From Flaccisagitta enflata (lineage: Eukaryota), in NCBI GenBank assembly GCA_965153355.1, contig OZ231126.1, positions 41,168,001 through 41,232,000 of the forward strand: a stretch of DNA of 64,000 nucleotides, read 5' to 3'. The translations under genes and the position numbers were made by a program. Under the pieces are notes generated by a model, which had not been told where the DNA came from, did no database searches, and worked only from the letters and a program-made list of their open reading frames with translations. Positions 1 through 18,474 of this stretch are shown piece by piece (within the stretch, counting starts at the first letter, position 1; the number at the start of each line of letters is the position of its first letter).

Positions 1-222
1 GTCGCACAGTGACGCTGCGGCGATTGATAAAATTCGATATTTCTCCACAAACTGTTCCTTGAACTACCCATCTTCACAGCTCTAATACTCGCTTCTTCGC
101 CCTTTCCTCACGCTCCCCACATTTCCGTCTCTATCCCTCTTCTGATTTGTCTGTTTTTCTTCCTTTCCTTTTCTCTCTATCTTCTCCTTTCTTCCCTCTT
201 TACCCTCCATTCCTTTTTCCAC

Positions 223-675
223 TTTTGGGCAGCGGCCCCGAAGGGGCCGATGACCTATGCTTTCACATATGCAGAAATTTCTCCCTTTTCTCCTTCAGTG
301 TCCCCCCCCCCAGACTCCAGGCCCATATCTCAGCCTCAAGACCCAAATCCTAGCCTCGAGGCTCAAATCCCAGCCTGGAGGCTCAAATCCCAGCCTCGAG
401 GTTCAAATCCCAGCCTCGAGGCTCAAATCCCAGCCTCGAGGCTCAAATCCCAGCCTTGAGGCTCAAATCCCAGCCCCGAGGCTCAAATCCCAGCCCCGAG
501 GCTCAAATCCCAGCCCCGAGGCTCAAATCCCAGCCCCGAGGCTCTAATCCCAGCCTCAACGCCCTAATTCCAGCCTTGAGGCTCAAATAAAAACAGCATA
601 GGTCATCGGCCCCTTCGGGGCCGCTGCCCCTCTAACCACCTAACACCCACATACACTCACATAGGGGCAACGGGT
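223..675 (+). mobile_element. Family B element with 20-bp array (GAGGCTCAAATCCCAGCCTC)n, 3'-truncated
   Basis: Arms at about 227-260 and 596-629 are complementary; about 13 tandem 20-mers lie between them. Confidence 0.75.
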
Positions 676-1215
676 TTCTTCCCTCTTTACCCTCCATTCC
701 TTTTCCACTTTTTCTTTTCCTCCATTCATCCTCTTTCCCCCCCTACCGCACATTTCCCATGTCAGCTTCTCTGTTGGTTCCTCTTTTTGTTTCAAAACGT
801 AAAACTATTCCCTAACCTCTGCCTAAATCCACACCCGCCCCCCTTCCCCCACACACGCATATCAGCCTCCGTTCTTCTACTGTTTTTCTCCGTCGTATCT
901 TCGCGTAAGGCTCACTTTTCCCTTTTGCTGTTGTTGGTGCCAATTCCCTCGGCGAGATGACGACATAACAACTTTGATGGCGACGGATTCAATTTTCGCC
1001 TTCTTTGGTCGCGTTTACATTGAGTATCATGTTTTTTCTCTTTTGCTATTTTTGGTGCGAATTATATTGGCGAGATGACAACTTTACAACTTTTTTTTTT
1101 GGTTGCGTTCACATTAAGACAGGACAATATCAAAAAAACTTTAATGGCAATCAATGGATTTCATTTTTTCCTTCTTTGGTCTTATTCATAATGAGCTTTG
1201 TATACATATTTGGCC

Positions 1216-1746
1216 TTTTGGGCAGCGGCCCCGAAGGGGTCGATGACCTATGCTTTCACACATTGGGGAATTTCTCCTCCTTCTTCTCCTCCGTCATCCT
1301 GAAAATCTCTTCGCCCCTCCTTCATCTTTTAGTCTCTTCTCACTTCACTAACACCATCACAATACCAGTTTTTTTTCTTCTCTATCTATCTCAAGGCTCC
1401 AAATCCCAGCAGACTTTCCTCCCAAAACTTAGCCTCTAGCCTCTTGAACCTTGCCTCCAGGCCCAAATCCTAGCCTAAAGGCCAAAACCTAGCCTCAAGG
1501 CCCAGATCCCAACTTTGAGGCCCAAATCTGAGCCTTGAGGCCCAAATCTCAACCTTGAGGGCCAAATCTCAGCTAGGACGCCTGATCCCAGGAGGAGGAG
1601 GAGGAGGAGAAAATTCCCCATATGTGTGAACGCATAGGTCATCGACTCCTTCGGGGCCGCTGCCCTGCTCCCCTCTCAACTTCAACCACAACCTACTTAA
1701 GCAGGGCACGGGTACCGCTGACCATCTAACGCTTTTGCGACTATTT
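1216..1746 (+). mobile_element. Family B element
   Basis: Same GGGCAGCGGCCCCGAAGGGG arm, complementary arm near 1632-1665, and GGGTACCGCTGACCA tail. Confidence 0.7.
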
Positions 1747-3332
1747 GTTTCTTAGATTTCTTTTTTGAACTTCTGCATTCAGTTATGTTTTTACAACACT
1801 TGTCTAAAGAATATGATCTTGGCCTTCTTTGGTCAGACAGATAAAGTCATACCTGAATATTATTTTTCTTTTCTTCTTGCTTCTTCTCCTCCTTCATCTT
1901 TTATATCTTCTTTCTCACTTCACTAACACAACATACACACATACCTTAGTTTTTTTTCTCTCTCTATTGCTATCATCGAATTTTCTCTTTAACGTAAATG
2001 TACCTTTTATATCTTTCCTCCTCTCTTCTCTATCGTCTAACCCCTCTTGAACCCTTGTTTTTCATCATACTCAAATAACCTTTATGTATATCTCTTTTTC
2101 TCTTCATCCAGTTAACCCTTTTTGTTTTCTTCTCCGGTGATTTTCATAGTTTTGATCATCATTCCGCGAACATCATCTACTTGTTTCAATCCATCATTGA
2201 TATGTGATGCAATGGTTTATTTCTTTTACACAGTTAGCATCTTCGGCGATTTGTTTTCTTTTTCTCTTATCACATTTCTTTTCTTACTTTTTTTAACATG
2301 TCTTGGATTCCCAATGTCTATCTGATGGATTGCGATTTTCCATTCATTCCATCAGTCCCGGCCAAAACGTCCCACGAAAAGCGTTTCTGTCATTAATGAA
2401 TTTTTTTCTCTATATGCCAGCATTTGATTTTATAGGTTCGTCTAATTTCTCACTTTCTTTACTTCTGTTCTAGACTTAGACTCGAAAGTTTTCCTAGGTC
2501 AGTCAGTAGCTCAATCTTTTGCATGGACCTGCTCAGCGCTTTCAATAATGCACGTTTCAGATTTCAAGGTCCTGGCTCAAATACTTTAGAAGTTATGAGC
2601 ATTTGTTTGAACCATATCAAACTAAAAAAATACCAGGAGAATCTTCAAACTTTCTTTTGAAATATGGCCGACACAGAAATTTCCAGTTTTTTTGAAAAAA
2701 GTAAAATTACAAGATTTTGGATTTAGGTGAATCAAGCAATTTCCTATCAAATGAACCCCACTTTTTTTCGAAAAAAAATCCTCATTAATGGCTTTTTGGG
2801 GCCCCTAGGAGCCCCTAAGGAGTTCAAAATTTTGGTCAATGAGATCAACAGAGTTATGTGCATATGCCAAGGTATCTTTCAGGAACAAATTCAAGCAGAT
2901 TAGTTCAAGCTAGAGCTCATGCCGTTACTACCCTCAGACCGGCCGCATATAAAAGGGAAATATGAAAATTCACAAGGACTTAGATTTAGGATCTGAGGAC
3001 AATATCTATCTGTTCGCATTTCTGTTCTTTGAAACATAAACCCCCCCCCCCTTTACTCTCCTTACATTTTTCTTCTTTACCCTCTCGGCTCTCCACGCTC
3101 TTTTCTTGTTTTTAGATGTGTCCACGCATCTCTATAAGAGGCTTTGTCTGTCCGTTGGTTGGTCGGTTGGTTGGTTGGTCAGTCGGTCGGTGCATGGGCA
3201 CGAATCATAAATGGTGAAAACTCAAGGTTATCACACAAGATGTTAAGTCATTGCATCATTCCACATGATTGATGCAATGTAGCATCATTCTTAACAAACT
3301 AAGCAGCATGTGGACGCATCGTTGTACCCCGG

Positions 3333-5440
<2,108 letters not shown>

Positions 5441-6003
5441 TTTTTTTTTTTTTTTCGTTTTTTTTTGGTTTTCTTTTTTTTGTGACAAGTAGAAGACAAC
5501 AGAAACTGTTTGCTGAGAAGCAACTCATGGTAGAGAACTTCACATATGAGCATTAGTTATAACAAGGATATTTGAAATGGAAAATATGGAGGGAACTGAT
5601 AAAGAATCAAAATCAATGAGCCTCTACTCCTGACTGAACAGGGGGTTTAAATTTGTTAAACCTTCTGACCTGAGCAGATTAGCCGCTAATTTTTAACCAT
5701 TTTGGCTGTACAATTGAAATGTAAAAATTTTGCATGGTGAGAACTCAATTGAGTCACTCAACCAAAACAAATAAATAATTTATGGCATTAGAATTCACTG
5801 AATAAATAAAAAATCAACATCAATGAACCCCTTGTCAAGTCCAAACGATAGGTTTGAATCAGTCAAACCCTCTGACTTGAGGAGATTGGCGCTAATCTTT
5901 AACCATTACAGCTATACAGTTGAAAGAAATGAATTTTTGTGGCGAGAACCCAATTGAGTCACTCAACCACAGCATTCCATGAATTGGTGGAGCAAGAGAA
6001 TGG

Positions 6004-6786
6004 TCAGCAGGATGGACTGTAGTCTTCAACCTTTGGGAAACAATCCCTCTTGGTTGCGAACTTTTTCAACTCCTTTCTTGCGCCAATTCTTTGCCTAATA
6101 TAACCATCTCTTGCTTTTTGACCAACAACTTTGGAGGAGGCTTCTGATACAAGACAAACAGCTCTTTTGACCGCTTGAGTATGGCAAGGATAGTTTGGCA
6201 CCTCAAAAGGAGTTTCCTTGAAAGAAATTATTTGGGAATCAGACAAAGATAATGTGAGGGGAGGTTCAGTGAGGCCAGCTTTGTTCAAATCAATCAACTC
6301 AGTGTAGGACGTTGCCTTAAAGTTGATTTTTGGAACAACATATTTCCTCACTGTTGATGTCAAAATAGCCTTTCTCTCTGAGGCTTCAAACGTGAAGGCA
6401 TCATCTTCTTCAGCTTCCTCAACCTCATCTTCGTCATCCTGTTCATCAGAGCCATCATCATCATCATCATTGCTGCTAGTGGCTGGTTGACTCTGAGAAC
6501 TTGCTCCTGACCGAATGGCAAGAATGGTGTTGACTGCTTGAACTCGAATTTCCTTTTCACTATAAGCAAGCATGGCGAGTAGAACAGCCTCAGAATGAGC
6601 AAAAAACCCATTCCTTTGCATCGTTTTCTGAAGAATTTCTTGAGAATTTTGGTTTAGTTTCCTAGACCACTCCACTATCTTGAACAGATTTTTCGGACCA
6701 TCTGTGCATTTTGGGTGACACTTGATTTGAAACCAGGAAGGTGCAACTAATTTATAACCATGGTTCAGACATGAGTAGAGCCTCAT
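6004..6786 (-). pseudogene. C-terminal remnant of a hAT-like (hATm-type) DNA transposase
   Basis: Motifs APSWFQIK, DGPKNLF, RNGFFAHSEAVLLAML, PKINFKATSY, TEPPLT, PCHTQAVKRAV. The usual AVER Glu is Lys here. The N-terminal half is missing. Imperfect ~100-bp direct repeats lie at about 5658-5764 and 5865-5969. Confidence 0.7.
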
Positions 6787-7696
6787 TGATTTTGATTTTA
6801 TACTTTTTCTGTTTTAAATTATATTTACTCATTACTGCTATGCCTATGGTTAATGGTTTGAGTGACTCAAAGGGGTTCTCACCATATGAAATTTGTATTT
6901 GAAACTCTGTCACAAATGCCTTATGAATTCTAAATTTGAAACCTTTTATTGTTCTGTTACAACTATAAAAAAAAACAAAAAAAACAAACAAAAAACAATA
7001 AAAAAAACAAAAAAAAAAAAAAAAAACAAACAAAAAAAAACAACAAAAAAATGTTCAGTAAAACACCTTTGCCAGGTTGCAAGTCCTGGAGGAAGAAGTT
7101 TGAGTACTGAATGATGTTTAACTGAATTTTTCGCCGTTTAACAGATTCTTGCGTCATTTTACTTTCTTTAGAAGGAGGATAAAGCTTCAAAAAATTTTTA
7201 TTCCATTTAAGATTAACTCTATGTGTATTGGAGAACATATGGAAAGAATTCAATTTTCATTTACAATTGTTAGATACCTATGCTTCAACACTAAAAAACA
7301 CGATTATGGCAAAAATTGTCATTTTTGCTTTTTCATCGATTTTTGGTAATAAGGTACTGACTTTGGTTTATCAGTATGATAACTGTAAGCAACATCAAAC
7401 TTTTTTAAAGGTTTCTATGATAAGTTTAGGTACTAATGAGATGACAAATGGTCACAGAATCTTTTTTAAAAAACTTTTACTAGGTAGTAACTGCATCACA
7501 AAAACAGCAAAAATCGCGATTATGGCAAAAAATATGATTTTCACCTGTTTGATAGCCAAACTTTCGTCGGAAATGGCACCCGCTTCCCATTCACTGAGGT
7601 CTTCAAAATTTTTTCTGGCAATAAGGACATAGTTAACTAACTTCAAGACCAATCTTGAGGTGAATTTCAATCTACAACCCTCTATGCTATCCCCTG

Positions 7697-7794
<98 letters not shown>

Positions 7795-8569
7795 TCACAC
7801 ACACACGCACACGCACGCGCACACATACACACACTGTGTGTGTGTTTTCTTTTTCTTTTTCTTTTTCTTTTTCGTTTTCTTTTTCTTTTTAGTTGCGGAC
7901 ACGCAACTCTATAAGAGGCTTTGTCCGTCTGTTGGTCGGTTGGTCGGTCTGTCTCTATTTTACTTTTTTATCAATTTTATTTCTTTAAGTCATTTTAAAT
8001 CTTTTTAGGGTAAAGTGAGTCATTTCAAGTCATTCTAAGTCAATCTGTAAGTCTTGCACGCGACTTATAGGTGTTGGCCTTGATTCTTATCCTTCTTATT
8101 ACACTATCACTATAACTACTGTTTCTATATTAGTAATCATGGTATGTGACAACCAAAGCAGCAATACAGTCATCAAATCTACAATTATTTTTCTCCTTCT
8201 TCTTCTTTTTCCTCTTTTTTCCTCTTTTTTCTCCTTTTTTAGCTTCCCTGCCTTTTCGTTCATCCTATAAGAAATCCTAACGTTCCGAAAACAGATCTTC
8301 TTCTTCTTCTCAACTACGCGAAATCTCTCTCTTCCTCTCCGTCTTCTTCTATGCCTTTCTCCCTTTCCTCTATCCTTCCACGAACGTCTTCCTCCTCCTC
8401 TTCTTCTTCCTCCTTCACTTCATTTTTCTCCTCTTCTTCTTCTTCTTCTTCCTCCTCGTCTCGTGCTCTCCCTCAAACTCGGTGCTCCTTTTCCTAATAT
8501 CATCAAATTCCCGCGGGATCAGTTTTGAAGATTAACACGTATCTCTATTGTGTAATAGGACAGATAGAG

Positions 8570-8745
<176 letters not shown>

Positions 8746-9292
8746 TGAGCATGAACCTCTTTAGTAGGCACATGGCTATGGTCCATTTCGTTCACTCTCA
8801 GCTCTCTCCCCCTCTCTGTCTCTGTCTCACTCCCGCTGCCCCTGTTTGCCATTGTGCTCATTTACTCTTCCACTCTTGCAGCGATGCTCTCTCCCACTCC
8901 TCCGTTTTCTCACTCGCGACCTTACTCTCCCACATTCTCAATTTTCATCTTTAGCCCTTTCCCACCCCAGTTCCCCTAATCCCCGCTTTCTCACTTCAGA
9001 ACACCTTTTGCCCTCCGACGCCACAACATCCTCATTCGATTTCCTTTCTTTTCTAACATTTTTAGTCGCGTTCACGCGACTCTACATCCCGCTTTGTCTG
9101 TACGTCGGTCGGTCGCATGGTCACAATTAACTTTTTCTATGATTTTTATTTTTGGATATTACCGCTCCTGCCCAAATGGTCTAAAGACCTCAAAAATGGC
9201 CCCTGCCCACACGCACACGACTTCGGTATCCAGCCTTGTTTCTCTATTCCTTTAATTCTTTCCTTCTGTCTTTCTCTCTTTCTTTCTTTTTT

Positions 9293-9348
<56 letters not shown>

Positions 9349-9352
9349 TTTT

Positions 9353-9448
<96 letters not shown>

Positions 9449-9470
9449 TATTTCTTCCTTACTTGCAATA

Positions 9471-9626
<156 letters not shown>

Positions 9627-9804
9627 CTGTTTCTGCCCAAAAAAGCATGGCTTTTCATTTCTGGTTGCTGCAAGTTGTTTCGTTCTCCCAATCATCTGTT
9701 CATGACTTAAGGGAATTCGATCATATAATCCCCAAATAGTGAGCAAGGGTAAGAATAAACCAACAGCAAAAACAGAAATGATACTAAAAACAAAATGAAA
9801 AACG

Positions 9805-11328
<1,524 letters not shown>

Positions 11329-12071
11329 CGCGCGGAATTAGACAACGTGACTTTTTGCTCGGCCTCCTAATTAGAAATTAGTTCGGAGTTTGATTGAAGA
11401 GCTTTTCCAGCTCTGCCTGTCTCTGCTTGTCTCAGTATGTCTCTCTTTCTCTGTCTTGGTTAGTTTTTCTTTGTCTGTCTGTGTCTCTTTCATCTTTCCC
11501 CGTGCTGTTCTCATCTGTTATGACCACCCCAATGTACGCGCAAAGTGCGAACCCACGCTCTCTTTCACATGAGGTAAAAAGAAATCATCCATTTTAAAAA
11601 TAAGTAGCGAAACAATTATTTGCATGGTTTGAAAATTGTGATTGTCATCGTTCGGTATATGAAAATCGTCCTTAAGTTTAAGTCTTATCTTCTTTCTAAA
11701 TCCTAATCATTTTGGAAAAGAAACTAACTTGGAATAATCTTGCCTTTTTCTGAAAGTATGCAAGGATGGCGTTTATGGGGGAATTGCACATAAATGGCCT
11801 GGTCCAAATACTTGATTGGGCCTTTTCATTACTGTAATTGGACCATTTTTTGGAAATGTCACAGTTGTTTGAAGCTACAAAAAGTGTCCATCTAATTATA
11901 TAAGAGGTGTTTTCTCATGTCCAGATATGATCTTCTGCACCTTTTCTCCGTTTGCTTTGAGGTACCTCTTCACTTCACTTCAATTTTGGCGTTTCCCACC
12001 TTCCTCCTCTCTCCTTTTGTATGCACCCCTATTTCCTCCTTTTCGTCTTAACCTGATCTGTATCTCCACTA

Positions 12072-12482
12072 CTACGCGAATCATAAAAAAAGCCGCACTT
12101 TTAAATTGCAGTTTATCATATTAAATTTCAAAATAATTAAAGAAAATATTAGACCATTTTAAAGATCTCAAAAAGATCTTTCATTTGGCTCCAATCTGGT
12201 ATTTCTAGCTCTATTCGTTTAGAAATGGCATAGAAAAGAGTGAAAACATAGACCATTTCAGTTTTGCAATCCTATTGAAAAATGAGCATTTTTGCAAAAG
12301 AGAGGTTCACTTTGGCAAGCTCTATCTCCTAAACGGTTTGAGATACAGACCTGGGGTTGGTCTAGAATGAAAGAAAATTCAAAAATCTTTAAAATCAGTT
12401 GAACAAAAAAATTTTGAATTAATTTTTTGTGTCTCTTCCACTCAGCTACAAAAGGGTGCGGCTTTTTTTTTGATTCGCGTAG
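12072..12482. mobile_element. MITE, TA-flanked
   Basis: TIR CTACGCGAATCATAAAAAAAGCCGCAC / GTGCGGCTTTTTTTTTGATTCGCGTAG. A truncated relative lies at about 22256-22583. Confidence 0.8.
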
Positions 12483-12613
12483 TAGATTCGTCTTGCTCCT
12501 ACTGCACTATGTTCCCAGAGAGCGTCACCTCAAGACAAAAAAAATTATGCTGGCACTTTTGACCGAAATAAACGGCTGAAACTAGTACAGTTGCTTACCC
12601 TGAGAAAGAAAAC

Positions 12614-12992
12614 ATATGGTTTTACCTGCGTCATAGCTAATCCAAAGCCTCTTTTTGCCCCTTGAAGTTAACTACTTCTCTCAAATTAAAATGCGGCAAA
12701 AAATGTTTTTTCCATTTCATATGGTGCTATTCTAGAAATGAAAAATGGTACTTACGATAAGAGGGAGGATGCCAAATCTTTAGCAAAGGTTCAGGATTGA
12801 TTGAATACGCCATGTGTAAAATTTGGTAAGCCTGCTCCTAAATTTGTAGGACCTATTAAAAAAAAACAGCAAAATTCCAATCTCAGATGAAAAAAATCTA
12901 GTCCATTCAGAGCCCCCAAAATGTTGAACCTACTGAGTTCAAGAGCAAAAAAATGTCTCTAGATGAATCATGACGCAGGCAAAACCCCATAT
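12614..12992. mobile_element. MITE-like element
   Basis: Imperfect TIR ATATGGTTTTACCTGCGTCAT / ATGACGCAGGCAAAACCCCATAT. Confidence 0.6.
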
Positions 12993-13156
12993 AGGTGTGA
13001 TCTACACATACTTAAGAACATTTTTATGCCATAGCTGTCATCTCTAGGCACTGGCTTATATTTTTGACCTGTTATGGTACACTCTCCGATCTACGTGTAC
13101 TGCTTGTAAACTCTCTTCTACTCGCACTTCCTCCCTCCATTATTTCTCAGCTTCCT

Positions 13157-13242
<86 letters not shown>

Positions 13243-14167
13243 TGTTCTTTTCCTCTCTGCCTTTTCTTTTTTTGCGGTGGGAGCGGCTCTAGGAGGTGGA
13301 AGAGAGGGAGGAGAGGGAGGAAGAGGAAGAGGAAGAGTGGATAGAGAAGGAAGAGGGAGAGGAGAGAGGGAAGAGGAGGAGGAGAAAGAGCGGGTCTAAT
13401 TGCATTTCCGGTCTAAAGCAAACGTCGATCCATCTCCATCCAATTAGAGGCTATAATTAGGTGAAGAAGGAGAAAGAGAAGGAGAACGCCGAGGCGGAGG
13501 AACGCCACCACCGCGCCAGCAGGAGGGGGGGGGAGAAGAGGAAGTGGAGAAGGTGGAGGAGGAGGAGAAAAAGCATTGGGAGGAAGAATAAATGGAGGTT
13601 GAGCAGCCTAGAGTCTAGGTGAGGAGAAATTTGAATGAAAGGTTGTATTGGGGTAAGAAGGTAAGTGCGTATACTCCCAATAGGGTTAAGTTAGAATCAG
13701 ACATTACGAATAAGAATACGGTATGTTGCACATCATACGCAGACAATTGAATTGAACCCAGTAGCAAAACGACGCGTCCACGTCCTGCCAGAGTTTTTAT
13801 TTACCCCCTCTTCTCTCCCCCCCCCAAGAAAAAAACAGAAAGAAGCCGAGTAAGAAAAGCATGTGAAGCAGATGGCAGTGAGTAGCTCAAGGTTAGGGGT
13901 AAGACGAGGTGAAACTGCTGTCGGTATCAAGATGGAGGAATGGTAGGAAAAAGCCGGGAGAATCGTGGGAGAACACGGTAATTCCAAAACAGACTGTAAA
14001 TGAAGGAGCTAAAAAAGATAAACGAAAAACGAAGTAAAAAACAAATGTAAATTGATCCAAAACAAGAGGGGAATAATGATCAATACTGCAGAGAGAAAAG
14101 TGCGCAACAGAGGCAATAAACTGAAAATGAGGGGGAAACAAGGATGTGTATATATAAATGAAAGTTT

Positions 14168-14340
<173 letters not shown>

Positions 14341-15428
14341 ATCGGGACAGAGAGAGACAGAGACAGGCAGAGACAGAGAGACAGAGGGAAAGCCGTTGCG
14401 ATGAAAATAAACGCAATAAAACGAAAATTGCGCGAGAGGGAAGTCGGGTGACAAAAAGCCGTTTAGAAAGGGAGAGCAAAACACGAATACCGGCAAATAA
14501 TGGTGAAGATGACGACGACGACGCTGACGGTGACGTTGATGACGACGTCGAAGACGAAGGTGAAAATGACGATGGTAACGACAGGTAAAGACGGAAGCCC
14601 GATAACTTCAAATGTCTTTTCCACTAAGAAATTTGACGATCCGATGAGGTTAGGATGGCGTCATGGTGATGGGTGGGTGGTGACGACGATGACATAGGAC
14701 GGGTGAGTGATGTGCGGGAGGTGCACAAAATGGGCAGGTGGGTGGAGTGGCAGATGCTGTTTCCCAGCAATGATGACAATGCCTTTTATATGGTGGTGAG
14801 GTGGTTGGTAACGGAAGTGTTGGCATTGCCATTTGTTCTCATAATGGCGGTGGTGATGGTGGTAAGGGTAGAGGTGGTGGAGTTGGTGGGCTTGGTGGTG
14901 ATGGTGATGATGGTGGTGGTGGTGGGATTGGTGGTGATGGTGGTGATGGTTGAAGCGGTGGTGAATCAGTGGTGATCGCAATGCCACTTCTTAGTGAGAA
15001 TATTGGCAATTGGGCGTCGACTTAATTTGATGTTGGAGGGGACTTAATTCTCTCCGCCGAAATTTCCGGCCTAAAACTTTTTCTTTTCTTTCTCTTCTTC
15101 TTCTTCTTCTTCTTCTTCTTCTTCTTCTTTTTCTTTTTCTTTTTCTTTTTCTTCTTCTTCTTCTTCTTCTTCTTCTTCTTCTTCTTCTTCTTCTTCTTCT
15201 TCTTCTTCTTCTTCTTCTTCTTCTTCTTCTTCTTCTTCTCCTTCTTCTCCTTTATCTTAATCTCATCTTCCTTTCTTTTTCTTTTTCTTTTTCTTTTTCT
15301 TCATCTTCTTCTTTTTCTTTTTCTTTTTCTTTTTCTTTTTCTTTTTCTTTTTCTTTTTCTTTCTCTTTTTCTTCTTCTTCTTCTTCTTCTTCTTCTTCTT
15401 CTTCTTCTTCTTCTTCTTCTTCTTCCCC

Positions 15429-16083
15429 TTTTTGGGCAGCGGCCTCAAAGGGGACAAAGTCCTGTAGAACACAGGGGAAATATGTCCGTCCGTACGTCCG
15501 TCTGCCCCCCCGCCTCACCCTCAGGGCTTCGTCTCCTTTGGGGCCTATCCTGACCCAAATTCTGCCAAATAGCCCAAATCCAAGCAATATGGCCCAAATC
15601 TGAGCAAAATGGCCCAGATCCAAACATATTGGCCCAATCTCAAGCAAAATGGCCCAAATCTGGTCAGAAAAACCCAATTCTAGCACAAAGTCCATCATTT
15701 TGGCCCCTTAGACCTCTGATTAGGCCTCTGATTAGGCTCTGATTAGGCCTCTGATTAGGCCTCTGATTAGGCCTCTGATACCAAGATTCTGACCAGATTT
15801 TAACCATTTTGCTTGAAACTGGGCCAATATGCTTGGATTTGGGCTATTTGGCAGAATTTGGGTCAGAATACATCGAATAGGCCCCAATGGAGACAAAGCC
15901 CTGAGGGTGAGGCGGGGGGGACGAACGGACGGATGGACAGACAGATCTTCGGTGTTCTACAGGACTACATCCCCTTTGGGGCCGCTGCCCTGCTCCCCCT
16001 CAACTTAAATCACACACAGGGCACACGCAGGGCACACGCAGGGCACGGGTACCGCTGACCACTTACTGCCTTTGGGCTGCTTT
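15429..16083 (+). mobile_element. Family B element with extended foldback arms and a 12-bp central array
   Basis: About 15433-15600 is the imperfect inverse of about 15820-15990; the centre contains (GGCCTCTGATTA) about 5 times. Confidence 0.7.
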
Positions 16084-16403
16084 TCTTCTTCTTCTTCTTC
16101 TTCTTCTTCCTCTTCATCTTCTCTCCTCCATCTCCTTCTTCATCATCTTCTTCTTCTTCTTCTTTTTCTTTTTCTTTTTCTTTTTCTTTTTCTTTTTCTT
16201 TTTCTTTTTCTTTTTCTTTTTCTTTTTCTTTTTCTTCTTCTTCTTTTTCTTTTTCTTTTTCTTCTTCTTCTTCTTCTTCTTCTTCTTCTTCTTCTCCTGC
16301 TTTTTCATATTCTTCTTCTTCTTCTTCTTCTTCATCCCTTCATCATCCTTTTATTTCCACCTGAAAAAATTCTGATCCGACACCGATCCCATCAGAAGGA
16401 AAC

Positions 16404-16513
<110 letters not shown>

Positions 16514-16700
16514 AAAGAGAGATACTGACAGACAGACATCAGGTTTTTGGAGGCACATGATTCCCGAGCGTCATAAAACCGTGTTACATTGGACCCAAAA
16601 ATGTGTTACTTTGGGCTCCTTTTGGCCATTATATTTGTTGTGTTGTGGTCAGGTCTGTAGATGAAGGGACTGGTTGGAAAACGGCCTAACTGGTTGTCCC

Positions 16701-16774
16701 ACTTACTAAAGGACGGGAAGACTGACGGCGAGAAAGAAATATAGAGATAGAAAAGCGCACACTCACGGCAGTCT

Positions 16775-16856
<82 letters not shown>

Positions 16857-16865
16857 TAGACAGAA

Positions 16866-16905
<40 letters not shown>

Positions 16906-16979
16906 TTACTAAAGGACGGGAAGACCGACGGCGAGAAAAAAAAATATAGAGATAGAGAAGCGCACACTCACGGCAGTCT

Positions 16980-17046
<67 letters not shown>

Positions 17047-17047
17047 G
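16701..17047 (+). repeat. Two-copy tandem duplication of a ~70-bp unique unit plus (GACA)n
   Basis: ACTTACTAAAGGACGGGAAGAC...GCGCACACTCACGGCAGTCTGACAGAC occurs at about 16701 and 16904. Confidence 0.9.
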
Positions 17048-17199
17048 GAAAGTCGCTTCAAGTAATGTGGTAGTCCTCCACTTCCAAAAAACAAAGAACG
17101 AGAGTTCGAAAATCTTAACCTTTTTGTTGGCGTGCAATTCTGAACGCATCATTGGCATCATGATCATCATTCACCCTCTTGTCGTCGTAGTTCCCGTCG

Positions 17200-17244
<45 letters not shown>

Positions 17245-18474
17245 TCTTCGTCCACATCATTGACATCACGATCATCCTTCACTGTCGTCTCCAAGAACGG
17301 GTCGTTTGCAGAAGAATTCTATTTTCTCTGTCGTCTTCGGCCGTCTCGTTTGTCTCAGTCATTGTCGTCGATGTCATCATCATGTTCTTTGTCGTCGTCG
17401 TTTTCGTCGTCGTCGTCATTTCTATACTAACCTCCCCCTTTTCTTTCCTGTTTTAATTCGTTTTAATTTGATGCAGTTTTGTGTGCAATCATTACATTTA
17501 TTCCCATCTTCGATTATTGTCCATTGACGATTCCCCGTGATTCCCAGAGACCAATTTCAGTTCATCTTCATCGTTGTCCTCGCCATCGTCATCGTCGTCA
17601 TCGCCATCGTCGTCCTCTTCGTTGTCGTCCTCGTCTTTGTCGTTTTCTGGTTCTTGACTCGTCAACTTAAGAAGATAAATTAGGTTTTACATTTACTAAA
17701 TTCGTTTCTTTTGCCTTTTTGTCCTTTTTGCCTCCATTACAAGATATCCATTTTCTCCTTCTTCTTCTTCTCCTTGTTCTTGTTCTTCTTCTTGTTCTTC
17801 TTCTTCTTCTTCTTCTTCTTCTTCTTCTTCTTCTTCTTCTTCTTCTTCTTCTTTTTCTTTTTCTTTTTCTTCTTCTTCTTCTTCTTCTTATTCTTCTTCT
17901 TCTACTTCTTCTTCGCCTTCTTTTAAGTTGCAGACACGCAACTATTTAAGAGGCTTTGTCCGTCCATTGGCCCGTTGGTACATTGTTCTTTTGATCCGTC
18001 CATTGGTCCGCCCCTAGGCCATGCTCGAGTTAAAAAGTCTGATAACGCGCATTTATGATCATGATTCTGCAGTTGTGACTGTCTGTGTATGGGAGTGTGT
18101 GTGGGGGGGGGGGGGCGGGGGAGGGTGGTGAGGATGGGGGTTCTTCGCCCCTGCCCACACGCAATGATATTTTTACCCCGCGTTCTTTTTCTTTTCCATT
18201 TTTCTTCTTTTTTCTTTTTTTTTTTCTTTTTGGCTTGTGCGTTCATGAAGTCATGGAAGAGAAAGTATTACTAGTTAACTGAGGAGTCCAATGAGGGAGG
18301 GATGAAGAGAGGAAGGAAGAAAAGAGAAGCAGAAAAAAGAAGTTAACAAGTTAAAGAAGAAGAAAAGATGGAGGATGAGAAAGAGAAGGAGGAGACAATC
18401 ACGGAAATAATCGAGTGGAAAAAGTCGCAGTTATCGAGGCCGTTTTTTGCCGTGATTAGAGCGCAATGAAGGAG

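Noticed and set aside
14390..14990. Acidic, His-rich or Val-rich ORFs with a donor-like GTAAAG
   Set aside because: Low-complexity GAC/GGT drift with no domain and no partner exon.
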